Assembly (NCBI GenBank): GCA_965246885.1 | Contig: OZ251992.1 | Span: 992,001-1,056,000, forward strand | DNA from: Abditibacterium sp. | GTDB lineage: Bacteria > Armatimonadota > Abditibacteriia > Abditibacteriales > Abditibacteriaceae | Length of the DNA stretch: 64,000 nucleotides | Reading direction: 5' to 3' | Part shown: piece after piece, positions 39,062 through 47,469 of the stretch | Layout of the letters: every line of letters begins with the position of its first letter | How positions within the stretch are numbered: position 1 is the stretch's first letter | The notes under the pieces: generated by a model | What the model was told of the DNA's origin: nothing | The model's input: the letters and a program-made list of their open reading frames with translations, nothing else | Database searches by the model: none | Position numbers and translations under genes: made by a program

Positions 39062-40258
39062 TTAAATCCGCTCCAGTGCCAAGCACGCGTTGTTGCCGCC
39101 GATGCCACTGGAATTGGACAGGGCGCGGCGGATGGGGGTTTGGCGGGCGTGCAGGGCGATGTAATCGAGCGTCAGGGCGGGGTCGGGTTCCTCCAAGCCG
39201 AGCGTGGGCGGGAGAAAGCCGTCGCGCAAAGCGAGGGCGGTGGCAATGGCTTCGAGGGCGCCCGCCGCGCCCATCGTGTGACTGGTCGCGGCTTTACTGC
39301 TCGATACGGCCAACTTGCGGGCGTGGGCGCCGAAGACGGTTTCGATGGCCTGCGTTTCGGCGAGGTCGTTAAGCTGCGTGCCCGTGCCGTGCGCGTTGAT
39401 GTATTCGACCGATTCAGCGCTCCAACCGGCGTCGTTGAGGGCGTGCGACATGGCCCACGCCAAGCCCGCGCCGCCTTTGTCGGGCGCGGTGAGGTGGTGG
39501 GCGTTGGCGCCCACGCTCCAACCGCACAATCTGGCAAGCGGCAGGGCGCCGCGTTTTTGGGCGGAAAGCGCGGTTTCGAGGACAACGAACGCGGCGCCTT
39601 CGCCGAAAAGGGTGCCATTGCGCCGCGCGTCGAAGGGGCGGATGTCGTCGGGCGAAACCGTGCGCAGAATGGACAATCCCGCGAGCGTGGACAAGCCCAA
39701 GCCGTCGAAGCCGCCCGCGACGGCGACATGGCAGCGCCCCAATCGGAGCCAGTTGGCGGCCAGCCCAATGGCGTGCGCGCCACTGGAACAAGCGTTGGAA
39801 AGACTCGCGCGCGGGCCGCTGTTGTTCCATCGCGCGGCGAGATAGGTCGCGGCGGCGTCGGGCAAGAACTGGGCGAAAGTTTCCGGGTCGCGCTCGCCGC
39901 TCCGCGCCAGTTCGCACACTAACTCCCAACTCGCGGCGCCGCCGAAGTTAGTGCCCAAAGCGAGGCCGCAAGCAGCGCGGTCGTCGTCCGAAAGTCCGGC
40001 ACTGTGGGCGGCCTCGCTCGCGGCGGCAACGGCAAAAGCGGTCGCTTCGTCGCCGTCACCATCGGAAACGTGCGCGCCCGCGTCAAAGCCGTTGACTTGC
40101 CCGCCGCGCGCGTTGCGCAACCCGCTCGTTTCAACTTTTGTGAGCGGCCCGATGCCGCTTTCGCCAGCGACAAGGCGGCGCCAAAAGCTGGGCGCATCCA
40201 GCCCCAACGGGCAGACGACTCCGGCTCCGGTGATCCATAACTCTTGCGCGCGGTGCAT
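39062..40258 (-). CDS. FabF-like beta-ketoacyl-ACP synthase
   Basis: SNACSSG catalytic Cys, GEGA, INAHGTGT, SHTMGAAG, SSGIGGNN. Confidence 0.92.
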   Translation of the reverse strand: MHRAQELWITGAGVVCPLGLDAPSFWRRLVAGESGIGPLTKVETSGLRNARGGQVNGFDAGAHVSDGDGDEATAFAVAAASEAAHSAGLSDDDRAACGLALGTNFGGAASWELVCELARSGERDPETFAQFLPDAAATYLAARWNNSGPRASLSNACSSGAHAIGLAANWLRLGRCHVAVAGGFDGLGLSTLAGLSILRTVSPDDIRPFDARRNGTLFGEGAAFVVLETALSAQKRGALPLARLCGWSVGANAHHLTAPDKGGAGLAWAMSHALNDAGWSAESVEYINAHGTGTQLNDLAETQAIETVFGAHARKLAVSSSKAATSHTMGAAGALEAIATALALRDGFLPPTLGLEEPDPALTLDYIALHARQTPIRRALSNSSGIGGNNACLALERI

Positions 40259-40465
40259 GGAGAAGTTGGACGCCCCGCGCGCGCCGAAGTCGCAGAAGCG
40301 GCGCGGGAAACCCCTGAATCCAAAGTTTGGGGAAACGCGCGCGAAGGCACTCGCTCTTAACATGGCGAGAGAAAAATTTGCGCCGCCGAAACGCTTTGGT
40401 AACGGCGCGTGGGTATCCTTTTTCTTGTAGTTTTAGGCGTGACTTTTGCCGAGGAAAACCCGACG

Positions 40466-40771
40466 ATGACCATCATCAAGACCGTTCCCCCCGTGTCGCC
40501 CGTGTCCGTTGCTTCCCCGGAAGTCGCGGCGCTCCTTGCCTTCCTCGAACAAGCTGAAGTTTGCCGCGAACAAGCCCGCGAAGCCGCCCGCCTCAAACGC
40601 TTCCGCTCCGCCTTGGGACTGTTCGCCACCGCGAGCGCCCTGTGCCGCCACGTCGCCTTGCACGGCGACGAAACGCTGCGCGGGCGCGCGAGTGAACGCT
40701 TGGGTTCTCTTGCCGTTGAAGCCACTACCTACAGCGACTTGGCGCGCAGTTCGCGCTCGTCGTCGGGTTAG
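40466..40771 (+). CDS. Small hypothetical helical protein
   Basis: GAGG RBS, plausible codon usage, fills the gap between minus-strand genes. Confidence 0.5.
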   Translation: MTIIKTVPPVSPVSVASPEVAALLAFLEQAEVCREQAREAARLKRFRSALGLFATASALCRHVALHGDETLRGRASERLGSLAVEATTYSDLARSSRSSSG

Positions 40772-42549
40772 GGCAGCTTCCAATCGCCGTCGAAGTTCCC
40801 GCCGACCACCGCCGTATCGGTGCCATCCAAGTTGTGCGCGTCGCCCGCGTAGAGAAGGTAGTCCGGCAGCAAGTCCCATTTGTGATTAACGGGGAGCGTC
40901 GCGCCCCACCACGCGCCCGAACACACGCCAAGCAAGCGAGCGGGCGCCCAAGGCGAGCGCCACACCATGCGTAACCCCACGTTCTTCCCGTCGCTGAGGC
41001 GGTCGCCCACGCGGTAGCCGGTGGTCGTCAGTTCAACGGGCAAGTCAGGGGCGACGGCGCGCAAAAGCGGGTTCGTGTCGCGCGTGCCGAACAGGATGAG
41101 GTTGCGGTCGCGCTTGTCGGCGTCGGTCACGTCGGTTGCGGCTTTAATGGGCGCCGCGCCGTCGGAGTCATCGTTCCACTCGCGGGCAAAACGCAGCGCG
41201 TCGCGCCGGTCGTGCTCATTTCCGTAAACGAGGGTGAACGCGCCGCGCAGGAGCGACTTGAACGGCCCACAACAAAGCGGCGACTTGCCGACCTTGGCGT
41301 TGGGCGCGTTCCACGCGATGGGCAACCCCGCGTCGAGGTCGCCCACCTTGGCGCCGTCCACTTCCAAGGCAACCGTGCCGAGCGCGAACTCCTTCAAGTC
41401 AAGCGAAAAGCGGGCGACGTTGCGCGTCGTCACTTTGACCGCGCCGCCTTCGATGCGCGCGTCGAGCCGCGCGGTTTGGGAGTAGTCGCTGAACGCTTCG
41501 ATTTGCGCCCAATCGTTGCGGGCTTCGCGCAAGTCGCCCGTAACGAGCGTGAGTTGACGCGGAGTCTGGTGCGGTGCTTGGCGACTGAGCCACTCGAACG
41601 CGCGGCCCAACGCCGGAAACTGAAAGGCGCTCTCGTGCCCTGCATCGGGGGTTTCGACGAACTCGACGGGCAAGCGCAGGCGCGCGGCATCGGCGGCGAA
41701 CAAGCGCGAGTGTTCGACGGGCACCGTTTGGTCGAGGGCGCCGTGCTGAATGAAGAACGGCGTCGCGCGTCCGTTCTCAATCAGCGTGCGCGGGTCGTCG
41801 GCATCGAAGGGGAGCCGCTTCCAAGCGGGCAAGTTGGCGCGCTTCATCTTAAACCAAAGGTCGAAGTCCGTGCGCCCGGAAATTGGCGCCACCGCCGCCC
41901 ACTCGTGTGGCGTATGAAGCCCGACGGCATAAGCGCCGTAGCCGCCCATTGAAGTGCCCGTCAAGTAGACGCGATTGGCGTCGAGGGCATACGTCCGTGT
42001 ACACTCGCGTTTAACCGCGAGTGCGTCGTCCTCGCCCCACTGGACGAAGTCCGAGTTGCGCCTGCCGTAAGGCATCGCCACAATGAGGCCACGCTTGGTG
42101 GCAGCTTCAAGGGTGTCCGCGTCCAGAATCCAAGGCGACAGTTTGGAAATAGAAGTGGAGTAGCCGTGCAAGAAGACCGCGAGCGGCCACTTCTTATTGG
42201 GCGAGTAGTCGCGCGGCAAAGCCACCCAGAACGGTTGCGCACCCCCATCGGCGGCGAAGTAGGCGCGCTCTTGGAGGATGAAGGGCGCGCTTGGAAGCGT
42301 GAGAGAGGCCGTCGCCGCGTCGCCTGTCGCGCTCTCGATTTGCCCCGCGCGCTTTTGGGCGCCGCGTATCCACGCTTGCAGTTCGGGCAACTCCATCGGC
42401 CCATAGTTGCGCGCCACCCCCTGCGCAAGGGCGACCTGCTCGCGCTTGAACGCGAGGAGCGCCGCATTTTCTGGCAACACGTCGCCGCGCGCCGCGCGCC
42501 ATCCAAGCAGCAACGGAGTCACGCACAACAGGAAACGCGCCGCCGTCAA
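40768..42549 (-). CDS. Secreted alpha/beta-hydrolase (esterase / S9 peptidase-like)
   Basis: VFLHG, GTSMGG nucleophile elbow, HGALDQTV, DAGH; signal-like N-terminus; TTG start overlaps the SDR stop. Confidence 0.82.
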   Translation of the reverse strand: MTAARFLLCVTPLLLGWRAARGDVLPENAALLAFKREQVALAQGVARNYGPMELPELQAWIRGAQKRAGQIESATGDAATASLTLPSAPFILQERAYFAADGGAQPFWVALPRDYSPNKKWPLAVFLHGYSTSISKLSPWILDADTLEAATKRGLIVAMPYGRRNSDFVQWGEDDALAVKRECTRTYALDANRVYLTGTSMGGYGAYAVGLHTPHEWAAVAPISGRTDFDLWFKMKRANLPAWKRLPFDADDPRTLIENGRATPFFIQHGALDQTVPVEHSRLFAADAARLRLPVEFVETPDAGHESAFQFPALGRAFEWLSRQAPHQTPRQLTLVTGDLREARNDWAQIEAFSDYSQTARLDARIEGGAVKVTTRNVARFSLDLKEFALGTVALEVDGAKVGDLDAGLPIAWNAPNAKVGKSPLCCGPFKSLLRGAFTLVYGNEHDRRDALRFAREWNDDSDGAAPIKAATDVTDADKRDRNLILFGTRDTNPLLRAVAPDLPVELTTTGYRVGDRLSDGKNVGLRMVWRSPWAPARLLGVCSGAWWGATLPVNHKWDLLPDYLLYAGDAHNLDGTDTAVVGGNFDGDWKLP

Positions 42550-43292
42550 ATGCGCAACCCCCCGTCAACGGCAAAGACCTGTCCCGTGATGTAGGCCGCC
42601 TCGTCGCTGCACAGAAAGAGCGCCAGAGCCGCCACTTCCTCTGGGCGCCCGAAGCGGCCCAACGGGATGGAAGCGCGCTGCTTTTCCCGGCGCGCTTCGT
42701 CGGTGCCTGCCGTCAAGTCGGTCTCGATAAAGCCGGGGCAAATGGCGTTGCAGGTTACGCCCGACGGAGCCAACTCGCGCGCAGTCGCTTTGGTCAGCCC
42801 CAACATTCCCGCTTTGGCCGCGCAATACGAGGCCGCCATCACTTCACCGCTCTGCGCGGCTTGGCTGGAAATGTTGACGATGTGTCCGCTCCGTCGCCGC
42901 GACAAGGCGCGCGCGGCCTTCTTCGAGAGGGCAAAGGCGCTCTTGAGGTTCAAATCGAGCGCCGCATCCCACGCCGCTTCGCTGGTTAACCCCAAGAACG
43001 ATGGTGATAGGCCGCCCGCGTTGTTGACCAAAAGGTCGAGCGGCCCCAAGGCGGTTTCGGCCTCGTCCCATAGATTGGAGAACGCCGCGAAGTCGCGCGC
43101 ATCGGCTTGCATTAAAGCGGCGCGGCGCCCCATCGCTTCGACCTGCGCTTGCACTTCGCGCGCGGCCTCCTCGTTTTGATGGAAGTGCAACGCCACGTCC
43201 GCGCCCGCTTCGCTCAAAGCAAGGGCGATGGCCCGCCCGATGCCGCGACTGGCGCCCGTCACGAGCGCGCGTTTGTTGTGGAGAGAGAACAT
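42546..43292 (-). CDS. FabG-like 3-oxoacyl-ACP reductase (SDR)
   Basis: TGASRGIG, NNAG, YCAAK, PGFIETD, IPLGRFG, VDGG. Confidence 0.9.
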   Translation of the reverse strand: MFSLHNKRALVTGASRGIGRAIALALSEAGADVALHFHQNEEAAREVQAQVEAMGRRAALMQADARDFAAFSNLWDEAETALGPLDLLVNNAGGLSPSFLGLTSEAAWDAALDLNLKSAFALSKKAARALSRRRSGHIVNISSQAAQSGEVMAASYCAAKAGMLGLTKATARELAPSGVTCNAICPGFIETDLTAGTDEARREKQRASIPLGRFGRPEEVAALALFLCSDEAAYITGQVFAVDGGLRI

Positions 43293-43519
43293 GAAAAGGG
43301 AAGCGCTGAGCGTGCAGCCCTTTAGTTTGAAAAGCGGCGCGCTCGCGCGTGTTGACTTGTTCCGCGCTTATTTGGATGTCCGCTCGCCAAAACCTACCGC
43401 CACGCGAGAAGTGGAGGCGGTCGCAAACACCAAGCGAACTGGCGACCGCTTCAACCAATGCGCCGAAAAACAGAAGCATGCGCGCCGCTCTCGAACGCCG
43501 ACACTGCTTCCACGCGCGA

Positions 43520-43705
43520 CCCCTTGCCGATGTCAACGGACGTCCGCCGTTGGGTGAGGGACGTCTGGGAATCGCTGACAGGCGTCTGGGAATCGCTGAC
43601 AGGCGTCTGCCGCCGAGCGGCGGGCGGCGGCGGATCAGCGAGAGACGTCCGGGAATGGGGGACGGATGGCGGCGACCGCGCGGCGGACGTCTGTCGCCGT
43701 TACCG
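43520..43705. repeat. Degenerate 21-bp period array (family A, inverted relative to 32578)
   Basis: CGTC core recurs at 43541, 43562, 43583, 43604, 43646 and 43688; cgtctgggaatcgctgacagg occurs twice exactly. Confidence 0.8.
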
Positions 43706-43749
43706 GGGCGGCGCGAATGCGGCCCGGTTCGGGTAGGCTGTATGACCCG

Positions 43750-44766
43750 ATGGCAGTCACGCAAAAAGAGATCGCGCGGCGGTTGGGCGTGTCGCAAACC
43801 CTCGTGGGAGTGGCGCTGGGTGGGCGCGGGCGCATCGGGGCGGGCGCGCGGGCGCAGATTCTCGAAGCGGCGCGCGAGATGGGCTACAAACCGAACCGGT
43901 TGGCGCGCGCCCTCAAAAGCGGGCGCTCGCAGATGGTGGCGCTGTGGCTACCAAGGCCGCTGGGCGACTTCGACGCGCAGGTATTGGAAGCGTTGCACGC
44001 TCACGCGGCGCGTGACGGGTTTCAATTGCTTTCCGTTTTGCGCGCGCGCGAAGGACAGGAAACTGGCGCGCTCCCGCTCGACGAGTGGCCCCTTGATGGC
44101 GTGCTCGCGCTCGATTCGTCGGCCAACATGACGCGCTCCTTGGCGGAACTTTCGCGCGCGCGCCCCGGTTTGCCGCTTGTAGCTTTTGGGCATCGCGGCC
44201 CACTTCGCGCCGCGTCGGGGGACGTGCTGGGCGATTATGTCGCCCTCGATTTGCAGGGCGCCGCCACGCGCGCGATGGAGCATCTGGTTGAACTGGGCTG
44301 CGAAAACTTGGCGTTTGTGGCGGCGCGCTCGCAGTTTGAGGCGGGCGAAGTGCGCTTGGAAGCGTTCCGCCGCGTGTGCGCGGCCACCCGCCGCAAGGGT
44401 GAGGAAATTCAAATCGCCGATAGCACGACGCTGCGTCGCCAAACCCACGCCCTCGTGTCGCAACGGCTCGCCGAGGGCGCGCGCACCGACGGCTTCTTTT
44501 GCGGCAACGACGATGTGGCACTGGGCACCCTGCGCGCACTACGCCGCGCTGGAATTGCTGTTCCGGGCGAGGCCAAAATCATCGGTTGCGACGACATCGC
44601 CGACGCCGCCGATGCCGACCCGCCGCTCTCGACTATCGCCTTGCCCGTCGAGGCGATGGCCCAAAGCGTTTGGCACACCCTGCGCTGGCGACTCGTTAAC
44701 CCCACCGCGCCGCCGCGCATGGAGACGCTACGCGCGACGTTCGTCGCGCGCGGCACGACGGGGTGA
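43750..44766 (+). CDS. LacI family transcriptional regulator
   Basis: VTQKEIARRLGVSQTLVGVAL, MGYKPNRLARAL, FCGNDDVALG, IGCDD, PPLSTI. Confidence 0.93.
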   Translation: MAVTQKEIARRLGVSQTLVGVALGGRGRIGAGARAQILEAAREMGYKPNRLARALKSGRSQMVALWLPRPLGDFDAQVLEALHAHAARDGFQLLSVLRAREGQETGALPLDEWPLDGVLALDSSANMTRSLAELSRARPGLPLVAFGHRGPLRAASGDVLGDYVALDLQGAATRAMEHLVELGCENLAFVAARSQFEAGEVRLEAFRRVCAATRRKGEEIQIADSTTLRRQTHALVSQRLAEGARTDGFFCGNDDVALGTLRALRRAGIAVPGEAKIIGCDDIADAADADPPLSTIALPVEAMAQSVWHTLRWRLVNPTAPPRMETLRATFVARGTTG

Positions 44767-44814
44767 AAGGGGTGCGCTTCCCTTCTGCGACTGGCCGCCG
44801 CGTCGCGAATGCTG

Positions 44815-44841
44815 TAGAATACTGCTGTTTCGTAAAAGCAG
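44815..44841 (+). promoter_or_regulatory. Candidate -10 box plus LacI-type operator for the downstream sugar operon
   Basis: TAGAAT (44815-44820) followed by the imperfect palindrome CTGCTGTTTCGTAAAAGCAG with central CG. Confidence 0.45.
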
Positions 44842-44917
44842 AGTTTGCTGGCCCGCCGTATCGCGCTTTCTTTTCGCCACCGTCGGCCTGTTTGCACACT
44901 CAGGGGGAAGATACACC

Positions 44918-45598
44918 ATGCAACTACCCATTCGTTTTTTGCCGACCACTCTTGTGGCGTTGGCGCTGCTGCTTTCCACCGTCGCGCACGCGCAGCCCGA
45001 CCCGCAGGACGCGGGCAAAGGCGCGGCGCCCCTCCGCGCGGGCGGGTGGGGTGGCCTCCCGCCCGGCGAGGAGTGGCAACGTCTTACCCCCAAGCAAAAG
45101 CGCGCCGCGCTTCGGGACAGCACGCTCCAAACGCTGCGCCGCTCGCTTTCGTTTCTGGGCTTCACCGACCCCCAGTTGCTCGATGCCGTCGAAGCGACTG
45201 CACTCAGGCAGGACAAAATCCTCGCCCCGCTCCGCTTGCAGGAGCGCCAACTGGTTGGGGTGCTCATGGCGAACGCGCTGAAGCCGGAGCAGATCGGGCA
45301 GATGAACGAAAATTTTAAAGCGCTGGTCGAAGCCGCGCGCACGGAGCGCGTGCGCACCATCGCCGATCTCGACGCGCAAATCGGTTTCTCGAAGAACCCG
45401 CGTTTGGCGGCGGCGCTGAACTTGGCGGGCGTGACAGGTGAAGATAGCGCCTTCATCGGCGGTGTGGGCACGTCGCTGTTTTCAGCGACGACGAACTTCA
45501 TGCTCGGTGCCGGGCAAACCGACGCCGATAATCAAGAAGAAGAGCGCGAAACCCAAGCGGGAGTCGCGCCCCCCGCGCCGCAAATCATTCGCAATTAA
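44918..45598 (+). CDS. Hypothetical secreted protein
   Basis: Signal peptide ending AHA; helical body; GGGGAAG RBS-like sequence. Confidence 0.65.
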   Translation: MQLPIRFLPTTLVALALLLSTVAHAQPDPQDAGKGAAPLRAGGWGGLPPGEEWQRLTPKQKRAALRDSTLQTLRRSLSFLGFTDPQLLDAVEATALRQDKILAPLRLQERQLVGVLMANALKPEQIGQMNENFKALVEAARTERVRTIADLDAQIGFSKNPRLAAALNLAGVTGEDSAFIGGVGTSLFSATTNFMLGAGQTDADNQEEERETQAGVAPPAPQIIRN

Positions 45599-45607
45599 TC
45601 ACAAATC

Positions 45608-46471
45608 ATGATCAAATCTATTTCCACGTGGGCTTTTGACCCCAAGCGTCCCGCGCGCGAGGTGTTCGCCCTTGCCAAGCAGCACGGCTTCGAGGGAGTC
45701 GAGGTGTCCGTTGGGGCGGACGGCTTTCCGCTTTGCTTTCAGGTGACGGCGGACTCTTCGCCCGATGACGCGCGCAAACTGCGCGCAGAAGCGCATGAGG
45801 CAGGCGTTGAACTGGTTTCGCTCGCTTCGGGGTTGGGTTGGGAGTATCCGCTCACCTCCCAAGACCCGACGCTGCGCCAGAAAGGGTTGGACGCGGTGCG
45901 CGCTCAGATTACCCAAGCGAAGAACTTGGGGTTGGATGCGATTTTGGTCGTTCCGGGCGGGGTGTTTGCGGATTTCATTGCGGGCTTTGTGGTGACGCCG
46001 TATGAGGTGGCTTACCAGAACGGCCTTGCGGCCTTGAAGGAACTTGCTCCAGTGGCGGAGGAGGCGGGGGTGACGCTGGGTGTGGAGAACGTGTGGAACG
46101 GGTTTTTGCTGTCGCCGTTGGAGATGCGGGCGTTTGTGGATGCGGTGGACAGCCCGCGCGTGGGGTGCTACTTCGATGTGGGCAACGTGTTGCAAAGCGG
46201 CTTGCCGGAGCAGTGGGTGGAGATTTTGGGCAAGCGCATCGCGCGGGTGCACTTCAAGGATTTCCAGCGCGAGGTCGGCACGCTGGCGGGCTTTTGCGCG
46301 TTGGGCGAAGGCGACGCGGATTATGCGGCGGTGATGCAGGCGCTGCGCCATGTGGGGTATAACGGGCCGGTGACGGCGGAGTTTTTCGATTGCGAGAGCG
46401 ACCTTGGCGCCATTTCGCGGGCGATGGATGAGGTGATGGAGGAGGGGAGGAACACGGTGAGGGGAGCTTGA
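45608..46471 (+). CDS. Sugar phosphate isomerase/epimerase (xylose isomerase-like TIM barrel)
   Basis: GFEGVEV, LGVENVWN, YFDVGN, VHFKD, LGEGD. Confidence 0.9.
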   Translation: MIKSISTWAFDPKRPAREVFALAKQHGFEGVEVSVGADGFPLCFQVTADSSPDDARKLRAEAHEAGVELVSLASGLGWEYPLTSQDPTLRQKGLDAVRAQITQAKNLGLDAILVVPGGVFADFIAGFVVTPYEVAYQNGLAALKELAPVAEEAGVTLGVENVWNGFLLSPLEMRAFVDAVDSPRVGCYFDVGNVLQSGLPEQWVEILGKRIARVHFKDFQREVGTLAGFCALGEGDADYAAVMQALRHVGYNGPVTAEFFDCESDLGAISRAMDEVMEEGRNTVRGA

Positions 46472-46473
46472 CT

Positions 46474-47463
46474 ATGGACAAAATCAACGTGGCCGTTGTG
46501 GGCCTTGGCATGATGGGGCAGATGCACTTGGGGTGCTACGCCGGGAATCCCAAAGCGCAAATCGTGGCGGTGTGCGACGAGAACGCGGGCAAACTGAGCG
46601 GGCAGTCCAAGGTCGCGGGCAACATCGCCAACGAGAACGCGCTCGACCTGAGCGGCGTCCACCAGACGGCGAACATGGCCGAGTTGCTCGCCAACCCCGA
46701 CATCCATCTGCTGGACTTGTGTTTGCCGACCAAGCGGCACGCCGGGGCGACCATCGCGGCTCTGGAAGCGGGTAAGCACGTGTTGTGCGAAAAGCCGATG
46801 GCGTGGGACGAGGCCCAGTGCGACGCGGTGATTGCCGCACAGGAAAAAAGCGGCAAGTTCCTGCTCATTGGCCACTGTCTGCGCTTTTGGCCGCAGTATG
46901 TCAAGGCCAAGGAGCTACTGGACGGCGGCGCGTTGGGGCGCCCGTTGTATGCGGGGTTCCACCGTTCGAGCGGGGCGCCGACGTGGAGCGGGTGGCTCAT
47001 GGATGGGGCGCAGAGCGGGGGGGTGGTGCTGGACATGCACGTGCACGACATCGACACCGCGCTGTGGTGGTTCGGCGCGCCCACAACGGTGAGCGCACAG
47101 GGCGTGGTGCGCGACGGCTTGCCGCTCAAGGTGGACGCGACGTGGCACTACGAGGGCGGGCCGCAGGTGCAGTTGCACGGCGGCTGGGACGCGCAAGCGC
47201 TGCCCTTTCGCATGGCCTTCGAGGTGATGGGCGAGCGCGGCACGCTGGTGTGGGATTCGAGCCAAGGCGAGGCGATGACGCTGTTCACCCCGGAGGGAAA
47301 GCACAGCTTTGACTTCGACGGCACAATGGGCTACGCCCCGGAACTCGGCTACCTCCTCGACTGCATCCAGAACAACCAAGCCCCCACCCGCGCCACACCG
47401 CAAACCAGCCGAGACAGCGTCATAATCGCCCGCGAAGAACTCAGACAAATCGGGTTTGCCTAA
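46474..47463 (+). CDS. Gfo/Idh/MocA family oxidoreductase
   Basis: VVGLGMMG, GKHVLCEKP, DMHVHDID. Confidence 0.93.
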   Translation: MDKINVAVVGLGMMGQMHLGCYAGNPKAQIVAVCDENAGKLSGQSKVAGNIANENALDLSGVHQTANMAELLANPDIHLLDLCLPTKRHAGATIAALEAGKHVLCEKPMAWDEAQCDAVIAAQEKSGKFLLIGHCLRFWPQYVKAKELLDGGALGRPLYAGFHRSSGAPTWSGWLMDGAQSGGVVLDMHVHDIDTALWWFGAPTTVSAQGVVRDGLPLKVDATWHYEGGPQVQLHGGWDAQALPFRMAFEVMGERGTLVWDSSQGEAMTLFTPEGKHSFDFDGTMGYAPELGYLLDCIQNNQAPTRATPQTSRDSVIIAREELRQIGFA

Positions 47464-47469
47464 GGCACC

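Noticed and set aside
43520..43705. Mini-CRISPR reading of the 21-bp arrays
   Set aside because: The roughly 9-bp core and 12-bp spacers are far below CRISPR sizes, one spacer is duplicated, and no cas genes are present.
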